DNA of 64,000 nt from Acutalibacteraceae bacterium. GTDB lineage: Bacteria > Bacillota > Clostridia > Oscillospirales > Acutalibacteraceae. Position 1 is the stretch's first letter, and every line of letters begins with the position of its first letter. Both the position numbers and the translations under genes were made by a program. The notes under the pieces were generated by a model. That model saw only the letters and a program-made list of their open reading frames with translations, searched no databases and was not told the DNA's origin. This document shows, piece after piece, positions 42,414 to 51,699 of this stretch. The stretch covers positions 525 to 64,524 of the forward strand of contig JAZQSV010000041.1 of the NCBI GenBank assembly GCA_045630265.1, given 5' to 3'.

Positions 42414-45194
42414 TAAGTTCACATCCAAATCCAGCCCCTCAAAGCGTGGTAAAATATATTGAAGGTCAGCTTCAGAAGCTTGTGAGAGAAGTAAAATAAG
42501 TTCACCCTCATTTTCGGTGGCACCTATAATATCATTAGCACGAATCTTTGGGGCAAGAATGGTATCGAGTTCCTCTAAAGAGTGGCCCTTGCCGTTAATT
42601 TTAAGCAGCAAGAAGGTTGAAACCTTTTTCTCCGAAAGGGCCTTGAAGTTTTTAAGACATTCATCGAACGGTTCTTTGCGCATAATGTGGGTGTTTTCAA
42701 TGTACTGCTTTTCGTAAACTGCCTGACTATAGTCAAATGCGCGGAGAAGCGACATCTGAACAAGGTCTCGCAAAATTTTAAGAAGGTTTACGTAGTAAAG
42801 AGAGCGCTGGTCAATTCCCGCATGCCACAAAAAGATAAGCATTACAAGCCTTTCTCCGCGATAAACGCCCGCAGCATACATAGGAAGATCATGCCTTAAA
42901 TCTATGTTGCGCCAAATTTCACCCTTTTTAAGTGTGTCTATAACCTCTTTGTAGGTTTCGGTGGATATAGAACGGGAAACACCTTCGATGATGTCGCGGG
43001 AGGCGACCTCAAGTCGTCCAAAAGCACTTTTATCGTTTACCGAATAAACGGTAATGCTTTTGTTTTCAAGCACCTCCTCAAAGGTTTCCATAATTCTTAA
43101 ATACAAAAGCTGCGGCTCTACTGTATCAAGTCGGCGGGTAATATCAAAAATCTTACCAAAGCTATCCTTAGAGCCAATAATCTGTTTTTTTAGGTCCCTT
43201 TTCTCGCGGTAGGTGTCTTCATAAATCTCGCGTGTGAATACAAGCTTATCCTCAAGAAGGCGGTTTTGTTCGGATACAAACTGAATTGTATCATCCTTTC
43301 TTAGCTTTACATAACCACAAAGTGCGCCAACCAAAGCAAAGAATACAAATGCAAGCCAGTTGGTGGGCTCGTAAAAAATGGTCATTAAATTGGTACCCGA
43401 TATAACCTTGGCCACCAGCCAAGAAAGACTGCTAAGCCCTGCTGCCATAAGGCCAAAGTTAAGTCCGTGTATAGTGGCCATTATAACTATGTAGGCCATT
43501 CTAAAATCAACAACCGAGAATATTACGGTTGAGCCGGTTAAATGCAACAAAAGCTCGGTTACAAGGAAAAGAACAATAAGTTCGGTGAATTTAATGAAAA
43601 GACTGTGCTTTTCAATCCAGCTTTTTATCTTGTCCAACAGAGTTTCATTATGCTCGTTTTTAAGGGATACAAATCTTTCATACTCTTCGGGCAGGTCATC
43701 TAAAAGAGAAATTTTGGCAAACCAACCGTACTCGTTGCGAAGCGCACGGTTAGTAAGGGTAATTTCACTCGGTTCATTATCCCCAACAAAGTCTATTTTA
43801 GCGTCCTTTCTAAGGGAAACAAGTGCATTTGCAAAATCCGAAAAACGAATATTAAACTCGTCGCCAACCGTTAAAATGCCGCCGCCGCTTTTCCAGTTGT
43901 CGGTAAGGCGTATTAAAAGTTCGGAAAGGTCAGAAGGAGAAATAAAATGTATTTTTTCTTCCTTGGGACGCTTTATGGTTATGGTTTTACCGTCGTACAC
44001 CTTTTGGAAGATTTTATATAAAAAGTCGTTTTTATACCTTGCTGAATAAAGGTAAGGAATCTGCACAATCTTAACGTCAAGGGTTTTATTTTTTGAGTAG
44101 AAGTGGCAAAGTTTTTCCTTTGCGGCCGACAAAATAGCTCGGTCTGATTGCTCAGTAAAGGATGAATCAAGGGAGGAAAGGTAAACAACCTTAGCGTGTT
44201 TTTGAAGCTCAGCCGAATATTTTAAAACCTCTCTTAACTCTTCAGCATCATTTTTTTCGGTCGTATGGAAGGTGAGCTCGCTGGAGAAAAATACAATAAG
44301 ATCAAAATCGTAAGTTTCAAGCACTGCGCGGATAGAGGGCTTTTTAATACGGAAAAGCTTAATCCTGTCCTTAGAGCCAAGCTCGGTATTGCCTATTACC
44401 ATAACCTTGCTGTCGGGGAAGGTGGAGTCAATAAAATCCTTGGTTATGTACTGCGTGTTACCAATAAAAAGCACACGTTCGGGTACAAATCCGGCACTAT
44501 TAGCAGTAACCGCTCTTTGTTTTGTGAGAATTTCTCTAAGGGCTACAAGGTCGCTGTGGTTTACAACGTGAAGTAAAGCGTCAACAAGAATTTCGTTGAA
44601 GACACCGCACATGCCACTTGAAATCATCTGAACGGCAACGTCTTGTGAAAAGGCTTCCTTATAGCTGCGGTTACTGGTTAAAGCGTCGTAAGAGTCGGCA
44701 AGGGATACCACTTGCGCCGAAAGAGGAATATCGTCCCCTTTCAGTCCGTCGGGGTAGCCGGTGCCGTCGTACCTTTCGTGGTGGGCACGTGTAATCTCGG
44801 CTGCATATTGTTTAATTTTGGGATTCAGTCCTGAGAAATCAAGCTCGTTCACAAGCTTCTCACCGAAAACTGAATGCTTTTTAACAATGTCGTACTCTAC
44901 TGGAGAAAGTCGTCCGGGAAAATCTAAAATGCTTTTGGGAATTTTGGATTTTCCTATATCGTGCAGGGAAGAGGCAATAGATATAGCGTCAATGTCTTCG
45001 TCACTAAGGTCATATTTATCATGATTCTGGAGCTCTTTTAAGATTAACTGGGTAAGCATACGAACATGGTAAATATGAAAGCCGTTTTCCCCATTAAGAT
45101 TTTTAGGGATGGTGCTATCGGTGAAAACCTCTATTTTTACGGTCGCAGCATCGCCATTTTGCTCTAAAACCAAAAGGGAGTTTTGCTCTGCCAT
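42408..45194 (-). CDS. pelD: PelD-like c-di-GMP receptor fused to an N-terminal HD-GYP domain (HD-GYP - degenerate SDR - 4 TM - GAF - degenerate GGDEF)
   Basis: HD-GYP motifs SLHDIGKSKIP and HHERYDGTGYPDGL. The SDR-like region lacks GxxGxxG (FIGNTQYIT). A TM block is followed by a C-terminal GAF/GGDEF-like region with no GGDEF motif. Confidence 0.75.
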   Translation of the reverse strand: MAEQNSLLVLEQNGDAATVKIEVFTDSTIPKNLNGENGFHIYHVRMLTQLILKELQNHDKYDLSDEDIDAISIASSLHDIGKSKIPKSILDFPGRLSPVEYDIVKKHSVFGEKLVNELDFSGLNPKIKQYAAEITRAHHERYDGTGYPDGLKGDDIPLSAQVVSLADSYDALTSNRSYKEAFSQDVAVQMISSGMCGVFNEILVDALLHVVNHSDLVALREILTKQRAVTANSAGFVPERVLFIGNTQYITKDFIDSTFPDSKVMVIGNTELGSKDRIKLFRIKKPSIRAVLETYDFDLIVFFSSELTFHTTEKNDAEELREVLKYSAELQKHAKVVYLSSLDSSFTEQSDRAILSAAKEKLCHFYSKNKTLDVKIVQIPYLYSARYKNDFLYKIFQKVYDGKTITIKRPKEEKIHFISPSDLSELLIRLTDNWKSGGGILTVGDEFNIRFSDFANALVSLRKDAKIDFVGDNEPSEITLTNRALRNEYGWFAKISLLDDLPEEYERFVSLKNEHNETLLDKIKSWIEKHSLFIKFTELIVLFLVTELLLHLTGSTVIFSVVDFRMAYIVIMATIHGLNFGLMAAGLSSLSWLVAKVISGTNLMTIFYEPTNWLAFVFFALVGALCGYVKLRKDDTIQFVSEQNRLLEDKLVFTREIYEDTYREKRDLKKQIIGSKDSFGKIFDITRRLDTVEPQLLYLRIMETFEEVLENKSITVYSVNDKSAFGRLEVASRDIIEGVSRSISTETYKEVIDTLKKGEIWRNIDLRHDLPMYAAGVYRGERLVMLIFLWHAGIDQRSLYYVNLLKILRDLVQMSLLRAFDYSQAVYEKQYIENTHIMRKEPFDECLKNFKALSEKKVSTFLLLKINGKGHSLEELDTILAPKIRANDIIGATENEGELILLLSQASEADLQYILPRFEGLDLDVNLG

Positions 45195-45241
45195 ACTATT
45201 TCTCTCCTTTCGAAAATTTAAAGATAATATCTCAAATATAT

Positions 45242-45270
45242 ATTATAATATATATAAATTTCTTTGTCAA
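45242..45270 (-). promoter_or_regulatory. exact consensus sigma-A promoter, TTGACA-17-TATAAT, upstream of pelD
   Basis: Minus-strand TTGACA at 45270-45265 and TATAAT at 45247-45242, about 40 nt upstream of the pelD ATG. Confidence 0.7.
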
Positions 45271-45428
45271 TGAAGCATGTTAAAAAAGGTGATAATTACT
45301 TTGAAAAATTCTCAATTTCTATTGAATTTTTTCTGGGATATGGTAATATAGAATTATGAATTTTAAAAGTTAAAATTTATAATTTATAATTACTTTCGGC
45401 GATTAGTAGCTAAAAGGCAGGAAAACAC

Positions 45429-46805
45429 ATGCTAAAAAAATTTATAGGGACTAAGCAGTTTTATTTTAAACTTTTAACCCTTACCCTACCAATAATGGTG
45501 CAAAGTGGTATAACCAACTTTGTTAATATGCTGGATAATATTATGATTGGTGCGGTCGGCACCCCGCAAATGACAGGTGTTGCAATATGCAACCAACTTA
45601 TTTTTGTATTCAATCTTTGTGTTTTTGGTACCGTTTCAGGTGCAGGTATTTTCGGTGCACAGTATTTTGGCAAACAGGATTATAAGGGTGTGCATTACAC
45701 CTTTCGCTTTAAGCTTATATTTTGTATGATAGTTTCCCTTTTGGGGATTACTCTTTTCGCCTTCAAGGGTGAAAATTTATTACTTTTGTATATGAAGGGT
45801 GATGCGGGACTGACCGATGCTTTCCTTACCCTTTCTTTTGCTAAGGACTATCTAAAAATTATGCTTATAGGACTTATACCATACGCTATTGTACAGTGTT
45901 ACTCCAGTACCTTAAGGGAAAGCGGAAACCCTAATCTGCCAATGATTGCCGGCATAGTGGCAGTTTTTGTCAACCTATCGCTTAACTATATCCTAATTTT
46001 CGGAAAATTCGGTGCACCTACTTTAGGTGTTCGCGGTGCCGCAATTGCCACCGTTATTTCCCGTTTTGCCGAGCTTTTTGTGGTAGTATTCATAGCCCAT
46101 GTAAGGGTCGAGAAATACCGTTTCTTAAAGGGAGCTTACAAAAGTTTGTATATTCCAAGCCGCCTTTTCGGACAGTTTTTTATTAAGGGTCTGCCTTTAG
46201 TTCTTAATGAAACACTTTGGGCACTTAGCATGGCAACTATAAATCAGTGCTATTCTTCAAGAGGGCTGGACGCTGTTGCGGCAAACAATATATCCCAGAC
46301 TTTTTGGAACGTTTTTGCTATTGTTTATCTGTCGGTCGGCTCATCCGTAGCAATAATTGTAGGTCAGCTTCTGGGGGCCAACAAGCTAAAAGAAGCAAGA
46401 GAAGAAAGTACACGACTTATCTTCACTTCCTTTTGTTTGGCAACCCTTGTTTCAGTAGGGTATTTTTTCTTTGCAAAGGTTATTCCAAACGTCTACAATA
46501 CCGAAACGGAAATTAAAACCCTAGCCACCACATTAATGCAAATAACGGCCATTGCAATGCCCTTTGATGCACTGGCGCTTGCTTCTTATTATACAATACG
46601 TTCGGGCGGTAAAATGCTTATAACCTTTATGTTTGATAGCGGATTTTCTTGGTGCGTCAATGTGGTTGTGGCATTTGTCCTAAGCAGATACACAGCCCTT
46701 TCTTTTATAACTATATTTTTGGTGGTAAATTTGACCTCGATTTTAAAGGGTGCCATAGGAATTTTGTTTGTCAAAAATGGATTTTGGGTTAGAAACCTAA
46801 CCTAA
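45429..46805 (+). CDS. MATE family efflux transporter
   Basis: Twelve TM helices. N-terminus LTLPIMVQSGITNFVNMLDNIMIGAVG. Confidence 0.9.
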   Translation: MLKKFIGTKQFYFKLLTLTLPIMVQSGITNFVNMLDNIMIGAVGTPQMTGVAICNQLIFVFNLCVFGTVSGAGIFGAQYFGKQDYKGVHYTFRFKLIFCMIVSLLGITLFAFKGENLLLLYMKGDAGLTDAFLTLSFAKDYLKIMLIGLIPYAIVQCYSSTLRESGNPNLPMIAGIVAVFVNLSLNYILIFGKFGAPTLGVRGAAIATVISRFAELFVVVFIAHVRVEKYRFLKGAYKSLYIPSRLFGQFFIKGLPLVLNETLWALSMATINQCYSSRGLDAVAANNISQTFWNVFAIVYLSVGSSVAIIVGQLLGANKLKEAREESTRLIFTSFCLATLVSVGYFFFAKVIPNVYNTETEIKTLATTLMQITAIAMPFDALALASYYTIRSGGKMLITFMFDSGFSWCVNVVVAFVLSRYTALSFITIFLVVNLTSILKGAIGILFVKNGFWVRNLT

Positions 46806-46825
46806 TTTAATAACAGAAAATAACT

Positions 46826-46859
46826 AAGAAAACTCCGCGTATCTACGCGGAGTTTTCTT
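46826..46859. terminator. bidirectional terminator
   Basis: aagaaaactccgcgt/acgcggagttttctt, a perfect 15-bp stem. Confidence 0.8.
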
Positions 46860-46865
46860 AGTTGT

Positions 46866-47903
46866 CTAATTAAAATAGTCATCAAGGCTGGCAAAGGAAT
46901 AGCCCTCTGCCACTGCGGTGTCTATAATTCTTCCGAGAGCGTTTGCATTGTCTTTAGAAACAGCGTGGAGGAGTATTACGGCGCCGGGGTGGAAGCGGGA
47001 GGTAACGGTGGTGTGGGCGTAGTCCGGTCCCTTTTGAGTGGAGGTATCCCAGTCAGCATAGGCAACTGACCAAAAGACGGAGCGAAAACCAATAGAGGTA
47101 ACAAGCTCTAAAGCACATTCGGAATACGCTCCCTCTGGGAATCTGAAATAGGGGCTCGAATAACCAAAATTAGCTCTCAAATAATTATCTAAGGTGCCAA
47201 TTTCTTCCGCCATTTGGGGACGGGTAAGTTTTGGAAAGGAGGGATGGGTGGTACTGTGGTTGCCGACAATGTGCCCCTCATTTATCATACGTTCTACCAG
47301 GTAGGGGTTTTTCTTTGCGTAGTCAAGGGTTACGAAAAAAGCTGCCTTTACCTGCTTTTCTTTTAGGGAGTCTAAAATGCTGGCGGTAAGGTTTTGGTAC
47401 TCGTAGCCATTATCAAAGGTAAGGTACATTACTTTTTCCCTAGTTTTTGTGTCAAGGGCAAGAGCCTTTACATTTGGGAAACTGTCAAATGTGGCTTGGT
47501 TTGCAATCGACTGACTATGAGGAACTCCATTTTTTGCAACACCGTAGGAAAATCCGCGTCTTTCGGTATTAAGCCCCAATGAATTGTCGGGGTCGTTTAC
47601 GGTAAACGTAAATACCTGCAGTGGCTCTCTGGTAGGGAGTGTTACGTTAGGTAGCGGCGCCACACTGCTTACCTGCTCGGTGCTAACCGTAGGGCTACTG
47701 CCGACCTCTGCGCTTTGTAGCAAAGAAGAAGCGGCCTCTGTCTCCGACGGCGTTTTTGAAGACACGTTGTCCTTCCCAGAGCTCATCGCTTCTCCTGCTA
47801 AGGAAGAGGCGTTTTCTTTGATGTCATTTTCCTTTTTGCCCTTACAACCAAACAGCGAAAGGGTAAATATAATACAAAAAAACAAAGCAAAAATCCGCTT
47901 CAT
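46866..47903 (-). CDS. NodB-type polysaccharide deacetylase lipoprotein (PdaA-like)
   Basis: LSLFGC lipobox. YLTFDNGYEY, GHIVGNHSTTHPS, YFRFPEGAY. Confidence 0.8.
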   Translation of the reverse strand: MKRIFALFFCIIFTLSLFGCKGKKENDIKENASSLAGEAMSSGKDNVSSKTPSETEAASSLLQSAEVGSSPTVSTEQVSSVAPLPNVTLPTREPLQVFTFTVNDPDNSLGLNTERRGFSYGVAKNGVPHSQSIANQATFDSFPNVKALALDTKTREKVMYLTFDNGYEYQNLTASILDSLKEKQVKAAFFVTLDYAKKNPYLVERMINEGHIVGNHSTTHPSFPKLTRPQMAEEIGTLDNYLRANFGYSSPYFRFPEGAYSECALELVTSIGFRSVFWSVAYADWDTSTQKGPDYAHTTVTSRFHPGAVILLHAVSKDNANALGRIIDTAVAEGYSFASLDDYFN

Positions 47904-47989
47904 ATTATCTCCTCCAAAAATATAAATTCTTTAATTATATTTTAAGACAAAAAAATTTGCTTTTCAAGTGTTTTCGACATTTTATATAA

Positions 47990-48026
47990 CAAAAAATCAC
48001 CCAATCTCCTTTTGGAAATTGGGTGA
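47990..48026 (-). terminator. terminator of the sugar operon
   Basis: Minus RNA reads UCACCCAAU-loop-AUUGGGUGA followed by U6. Confidence 0.75.
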
Positions 48027-48043
48027 AAAAATTAAGCTTTATT

Positions 48044-48976
48044 TTATTTCTTTACCATTTTTTTAACTTCTTCCAAAACGCGGCGGATGATTTCCTCCTC
48101 GCTTATATTGGAAGTAGCGCGGCCGTTTCCAACCGAGCCGAAAAGCTCCATTTTCTTAATGGTTTCCTGCTTAATGGCTTCAACTGCGGCGGGGATAAGG
48201 TCAATAATACCCTTATTCATATCGGTAAATTTGCTAAATTCTGCCTTTACTGCAGCAACGTTTATATCGGTGAAAATATTAACCTTGCTAATACCCTCTT
48301 TAATGGCCTGTCTGAAATCGTCATCAGTAAGGCCAGAGCCACCGTGTAGTACAAGGGGAACGTCTACGGTTTTGGCAATGGTGCGAATTCTGTCAAAATC
48401 AAGCTTAGGGGGAAGCTTATACGCACCGTGGGCGTTACCAACTGCAATAGCAAGAGCATCTACACCCGTTTTATCTACGTAATCCTTTGCCATTTTAGGG
48501 TCGGTGAAGAACTTAGAGGGGTCTGCCAAATGGCTGCTGCCCTCCGCCGAGCCCTCGTTATCACCTACGTGGCCAAGCTCACCCTCAATGGTAGCTCCAA
48601 AGGAGTGGGCAATATCTGCCATCTCCTTTACCTTTCTAACGTTTTCGTCGTAAGAATCGGTAGAGCAGTCGTACATAATAGACGTAAAGCCAAGCTCAAG
48701 TGCTTTAAGACAGGTTTCTTTTTTAAGGCCGTGGTCTAAATGGATTACAACCGGTACGTTTGCCTTTTTGGCCATAGGAAGAAGGTAATAGGAAACCTCC
48801 TCCAAAGGGCCGTAAGGGAAAAGCACCTCTGCGGTACCCATAATAACGGGAGAGCCGGTTTGCTCTGCGGCGGCAATAATACCGCGTGCAAGTTCTAAGT
48901 TTACTGCATTGAAAAGACCAACTGCATACTTGCCTTTTTTGGCATTATACAGTACATCGTTCATATTAACTAACAT
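48044..48976 (-). CDS. class II ketose-bisphosphate aldolase (FbaA/GatY/IolJ family)
   Basis: AVGLFNAVNLE, PVVIHLDHG, GELGHVG, LVLHGGSG. Confidence 0.85.
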   Translation of the reverse strand: MLVNMNDVLYNAKKGKYAVGLFNAVNLELARGIIAAAEQTGSPVIMGTAEVLFPYGPLEEVSYYLLPMAKKANVPVVIHLDHGLKKETCLKALELGFTSIMYDCSTDSYDENVRKVKEMADIAHSFGATIEGELGHVGDNEGSAEGSSHLADPSKFFTDPKMAKDYVDKTGVDALAIAVGNAHGAYKLPPKLDFDRIRTIAKTVDVPLVLHGGSGLTDDDFRQAIKEGISKVNIFTDINVAAVKAEFSKFTDMNKGIIDLIPAAVEAIKQETIKKMELFGSVGNGRATSNISEEEIIRRVLEEVKKMVKK

Positions 48977-48983
48977 CTTTTAG

Positions 48984-49967
48984 TTACACCTCCTGTTTTT
49001 TTCTTTCAAATTGACTGCAAAAATCTCTTATTTCATTTTCGGTAACAAGCCCGCTCGTTGCATCTGCACTACCAAGCGCCATAACTGCCGAGGCCGAAGC
49101 AAACTCCAGAATTTCTTTATCGGTCCACCCTTTATATATACCTATAAGTGAGCCGGCACAAAATGCGTCGCCCGCACCGGTAGTGCCCTTTATATACCCG
49201 ATTGGGAGCTTATATGAATAAACCTTGCTAAAGCCGTTTTTAGAAAGGCATACGGCATAGTCGGGCTTATGTATTATAACCTTTTCTTTTACGCCGAGTT
49301 CCATAAGCCGGTGGGCAATTTTTTCAATGTTTTGGTCGGTGGGTTCAATGCCTGTCAGCTTTCCTGCTTCTGTTTCGTTAATTATAAGGTAATCGGTATA
49401 TGGAATACAGGGAAGCACAAGTTTGTATCTGTCGGAATTTTCGCTTACCAAATCAATAGCGGTTTTAATGCCCTTTTCCCCTGCTTTTTTAAGGATTTTA
49501 AGACCATCGCCGTTATCTACCTTTTCAAGCAACAAAAAGTAGCCAAGCAGTAGAATTTTGGCGTCAAGGGTATTAAAATCAATGTCCTCCACACCGAAAT
49601 CCGCACTGGTACCGGGGTAGCAGAAAAAGGTACGCTGACCGCCTACAACGCTCATAACCTCGGTAAAGCTGGTAGCATCTGCATCTGAAACAACAACGCC
49701 TTTTGCATCAACACCGCTTTCTTTTAAGGTTTTTAGTACAAATGCGCCGTCATCGTCCTGTCCAACCTTACCAATGGCCTTAACGGTCATATCGGGGCAG
49801 ATGTTTTTTAAATCCAAGGTAACGTTCGGAACACAGCCGCCAACTGCCTTTTGCAGGCGGGAAATTTGGGTTAGCTCGCCGCTTTGCGGGTAGGCCTTAA
49901 TTTCATTGATTTTATCAACAATAACGCTGCCCGCAACGGCAATTCCGTTTCTTTTTGTGCTGGTCAT
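48984..49967 (-). CDS. PfkB/ribokinase-family carbohydrate kinase
   Basis: The GTTGAGDAFCAG anion-hole motif and a PfkB-like N-terminal GG region. Confidence 0.85.
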   Translation of the reverse strand: MTSTKRNGIAVAGSVIVDKINEIKAYPQSGELTQISRLQKAVGGCVPNVTLDLKNICPDMTVKAIGKVGQDDDGAFVLKTLKESGVDAKGVVVSDADATSFTEVMSVVGGQRTFFCYPGTSADFGVEDIDFNTLDAKILLLGYFLLLEKVDNGDGLKILKKAGEKGIKTAIDLVSENSDRYKLVLPCIPYTDYLIINETEAGKLTGIEPTDQNIEKIAHRLMELGVKEKVIIHKPDYAVCLSKNGFSKVYSYKLPIGYIKGTTGAGDAFCAGSLIGIYKGWTDKEILEFASASAVMALGSADATSGLVTENEIRDFCSQFERKKQEV

Positions 49968-49969
49968 TA

Positions 49970-50917
49970 TTAGTTACACTCCGCAACTAAGGGACCTGCA
50001 AGCTCATTTAGGAAGAAGAGCCTTCCGGGAAGGGTGGGAATGTAGGAAGAAGTAATCCAGGGAGTAGCACCGTAGCGAAGTGTCATCCAAAGGGACATAC
50101 CCTGCCACTGCATTCCACGTCCGAGTGTACCGTCGGCGCCGCCAATAGCATAGTCGGCTTTAAGGAAAAGACCGGGGCCAATGGTGTTAGCGCGGCAAGG
50201 AACCAAGGTGGTTCTGGACTTAAAGCTTGTAAGAGCATTCTGTTCAACCGTTAAAGGATGGATTTTAGCAGCAATTCTGTAAGGTGCCTCCTCCCACTCT
50301 TTTGCGGTTTCATAGTCGGCCGCAAAGGTGGGTTCCCAGAAAGCAATGTGGCACATTCTGCCAATACCGTAAACAAGTACAAGTTTTGCACCCTCTGCTT
50401 TAAGAGCATCAATTTTTGCGGGATATGTAGGCAGATTTTCTTTGGTTGCAAAGTTTCTCTGTTCTTTGGGAACTGTAAGCACTCCAAGAGGATTAAAAAG
50501 GGCCTGCTCCATAGCGTACTGGAATGCGCCGCTATTGTCGGGAGCTAAGGTGTTACCCTCTGAATCTGCCCATTCATCCATATTAAAGGTATGAACGTGC
50601 TCACAGGAAACCTGCCACTCTTTAAGGAAGTATACAACCCATTTATACATTCCCATAGGACCTACGGGAAGAATAAAAGCAATTTTTTCGTTTCTTTCCT
50701 TTGCAAGTTTAATTTGCATTGCAATTTCGTGTCCCATATATGTTTCGAACTCGCCTAAGGATTCACATTTAATGGGAGTAAATCCCTCATTCCAATGCGC
50801 CTGACGCTCGGTAATTTTTTCGGGAGCGTCGATACAAGCGTCAATTTTATCAAAATCCCAACCTGCGGGATAAAATCCCTCCAAAGCGGATCCCTTTACT
50901 GTAGAATTAAAATTCAT
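49970..50917 (-). CDS. NagB-like glucosamine-6-phosphate deaminase/isomerase-fold protein with N-terminal extension
   Basis: [15 protein letters not shown]...[11 protein letters not shown] aligns with the NagB segment LGLPTGGTP...VTFNMDEY. Confidence 0.7.
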   Translation of the reverse strand: MNFNSTVKGSALEGFYPAGWDFDKIDACIDAPEKITERQAHWNEGFTPIKCESLGEFETYMGHEIAMQIKLAKERNEKIAFILPVGPMGMYKWVVYFLKEWQVSCEHVHTFNMDEWADSEGNTLAPDNSGAFQYAMEQALFNPLGVLTVPKEQRNFATKENLPTYPAKIDALKAEGAKLVLVYGIGRMCHIAFWEPTFAADYETAKEWEEAPYRIAAKIHPLTVEQNALTSFKSRTTLVPCRANTIGPGLFLKADYAIGGADGTLGRGMQWQGMSLWMTLRYGATPWITSSYIPTLPGRLFFLNELAGPLVAECN

Positions 50918-50960
50918 AATATTTTTTCCCTTCCCTAATATAGTTTTATTACCCTTTATT

Positions 50961-51668
50961 TTAGGGTAAGTAACGTTTGGTTGTACCTTTTAGGTAAACT
51001 TGACATTGCTTAAAGCCCTCTGCATAGTCGGCGCCACACTGGAAGCCCCTGTATCTGCAGCAGGTTTTAACCATATCGGGGAAATCAATACCGTCGTGGT
51101 CGCGCATCCAAACAATTTGTGATTCGTGGCAATTAAGCATTTCAAGTTTTTTGTCAATATGCTCTGAAACGTCAACGAACTCTGTGGGGTTAAAGTTAAC
51201 ACCGCAAAGAGTATCCATATAGTAAACGGGGGTAAGTCTTGCATTCTTGCCGGAGCCCATATTGTAGTGGGGAACGGTTGCGGCAAAGCAAGCGTCAAAA
51301 ACAAGTTTGCTTGTTGCAACGTGGTCGGGCATATAGTCGTTGGGGTCGTGAGTAATAATAAAATCGGGGTCAACCTGCCTTATAATTTCAACTACCTTAT
51401 CTCTTGACTCTCTGTTATTGTCGTAGATTTCAAGGTCGTCAAAGCCGCCCCAAATGGTTTCAAAGCCACCAAGTTCGCCGCTGCGTTTTGCCTCATTAAT
51501 TCTCATATTAGAGAGCTCGTCGGGCATAATAACTTCGTGGCCTTGGTTGCCGCTGGAAAGGTGGCAAACAACAACCCTGTCGCCACGCTCTTTACATTTT
51601 AAAAGTGTTCCTGCACAGGCGATTTCCATATCATCGGGATGGCAGGATATTACTAAAACTGTATACAT
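50961..51668 (-). CDS. PIG-L/LmbE family N-acetylglucosaminyl deacetylase
   Basis: [17 protein letters not shown] plus HPDDMPDH-type metal ligands. The ATG at 51668 lies 6 nt after AGGAGG. Confidence 0.8.
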   Translation of the reverse strand: MYTVLVISCHPDDMEIACAGTLLKCKERGDRVVVCHLSSGNQGHEVIMPDELSNMRINEAKRSGELGGFETIWGGFDDLEIYDNNRESRDKVVEIIRQVDPDFIITHDPNDYMPDHVATSKLVFDACFAATVPHYNMGSGKNARLTPVYYMDTLCGVNFNPTEFVDVSEHIDKKLEMLNCHESQIVWMRDHDGIDFPDMVKTCCRYRGFQCGADYAEGFKQCQVYLKGTTKRYLP

Positions 51669-51699
51669 AAAGTACCTCCTGAGGAAATGAACCGTTTGG

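Noticed and set aside
42140-42415. Interpretation of the pelD-pelE inverted repeats as a MITE with a TA target-site duplication
   Set aside because: TA flanks both arms, but the TA dinucleotides simply extend the palindrome (TTAGGGTAG/CTACCCTAA). No other copy is visible in 64 kb. The mismatch pattern (all G-U on the sense RNA) and the stop-codon overlap favour an RNA element. A genome-wide search is still needed.
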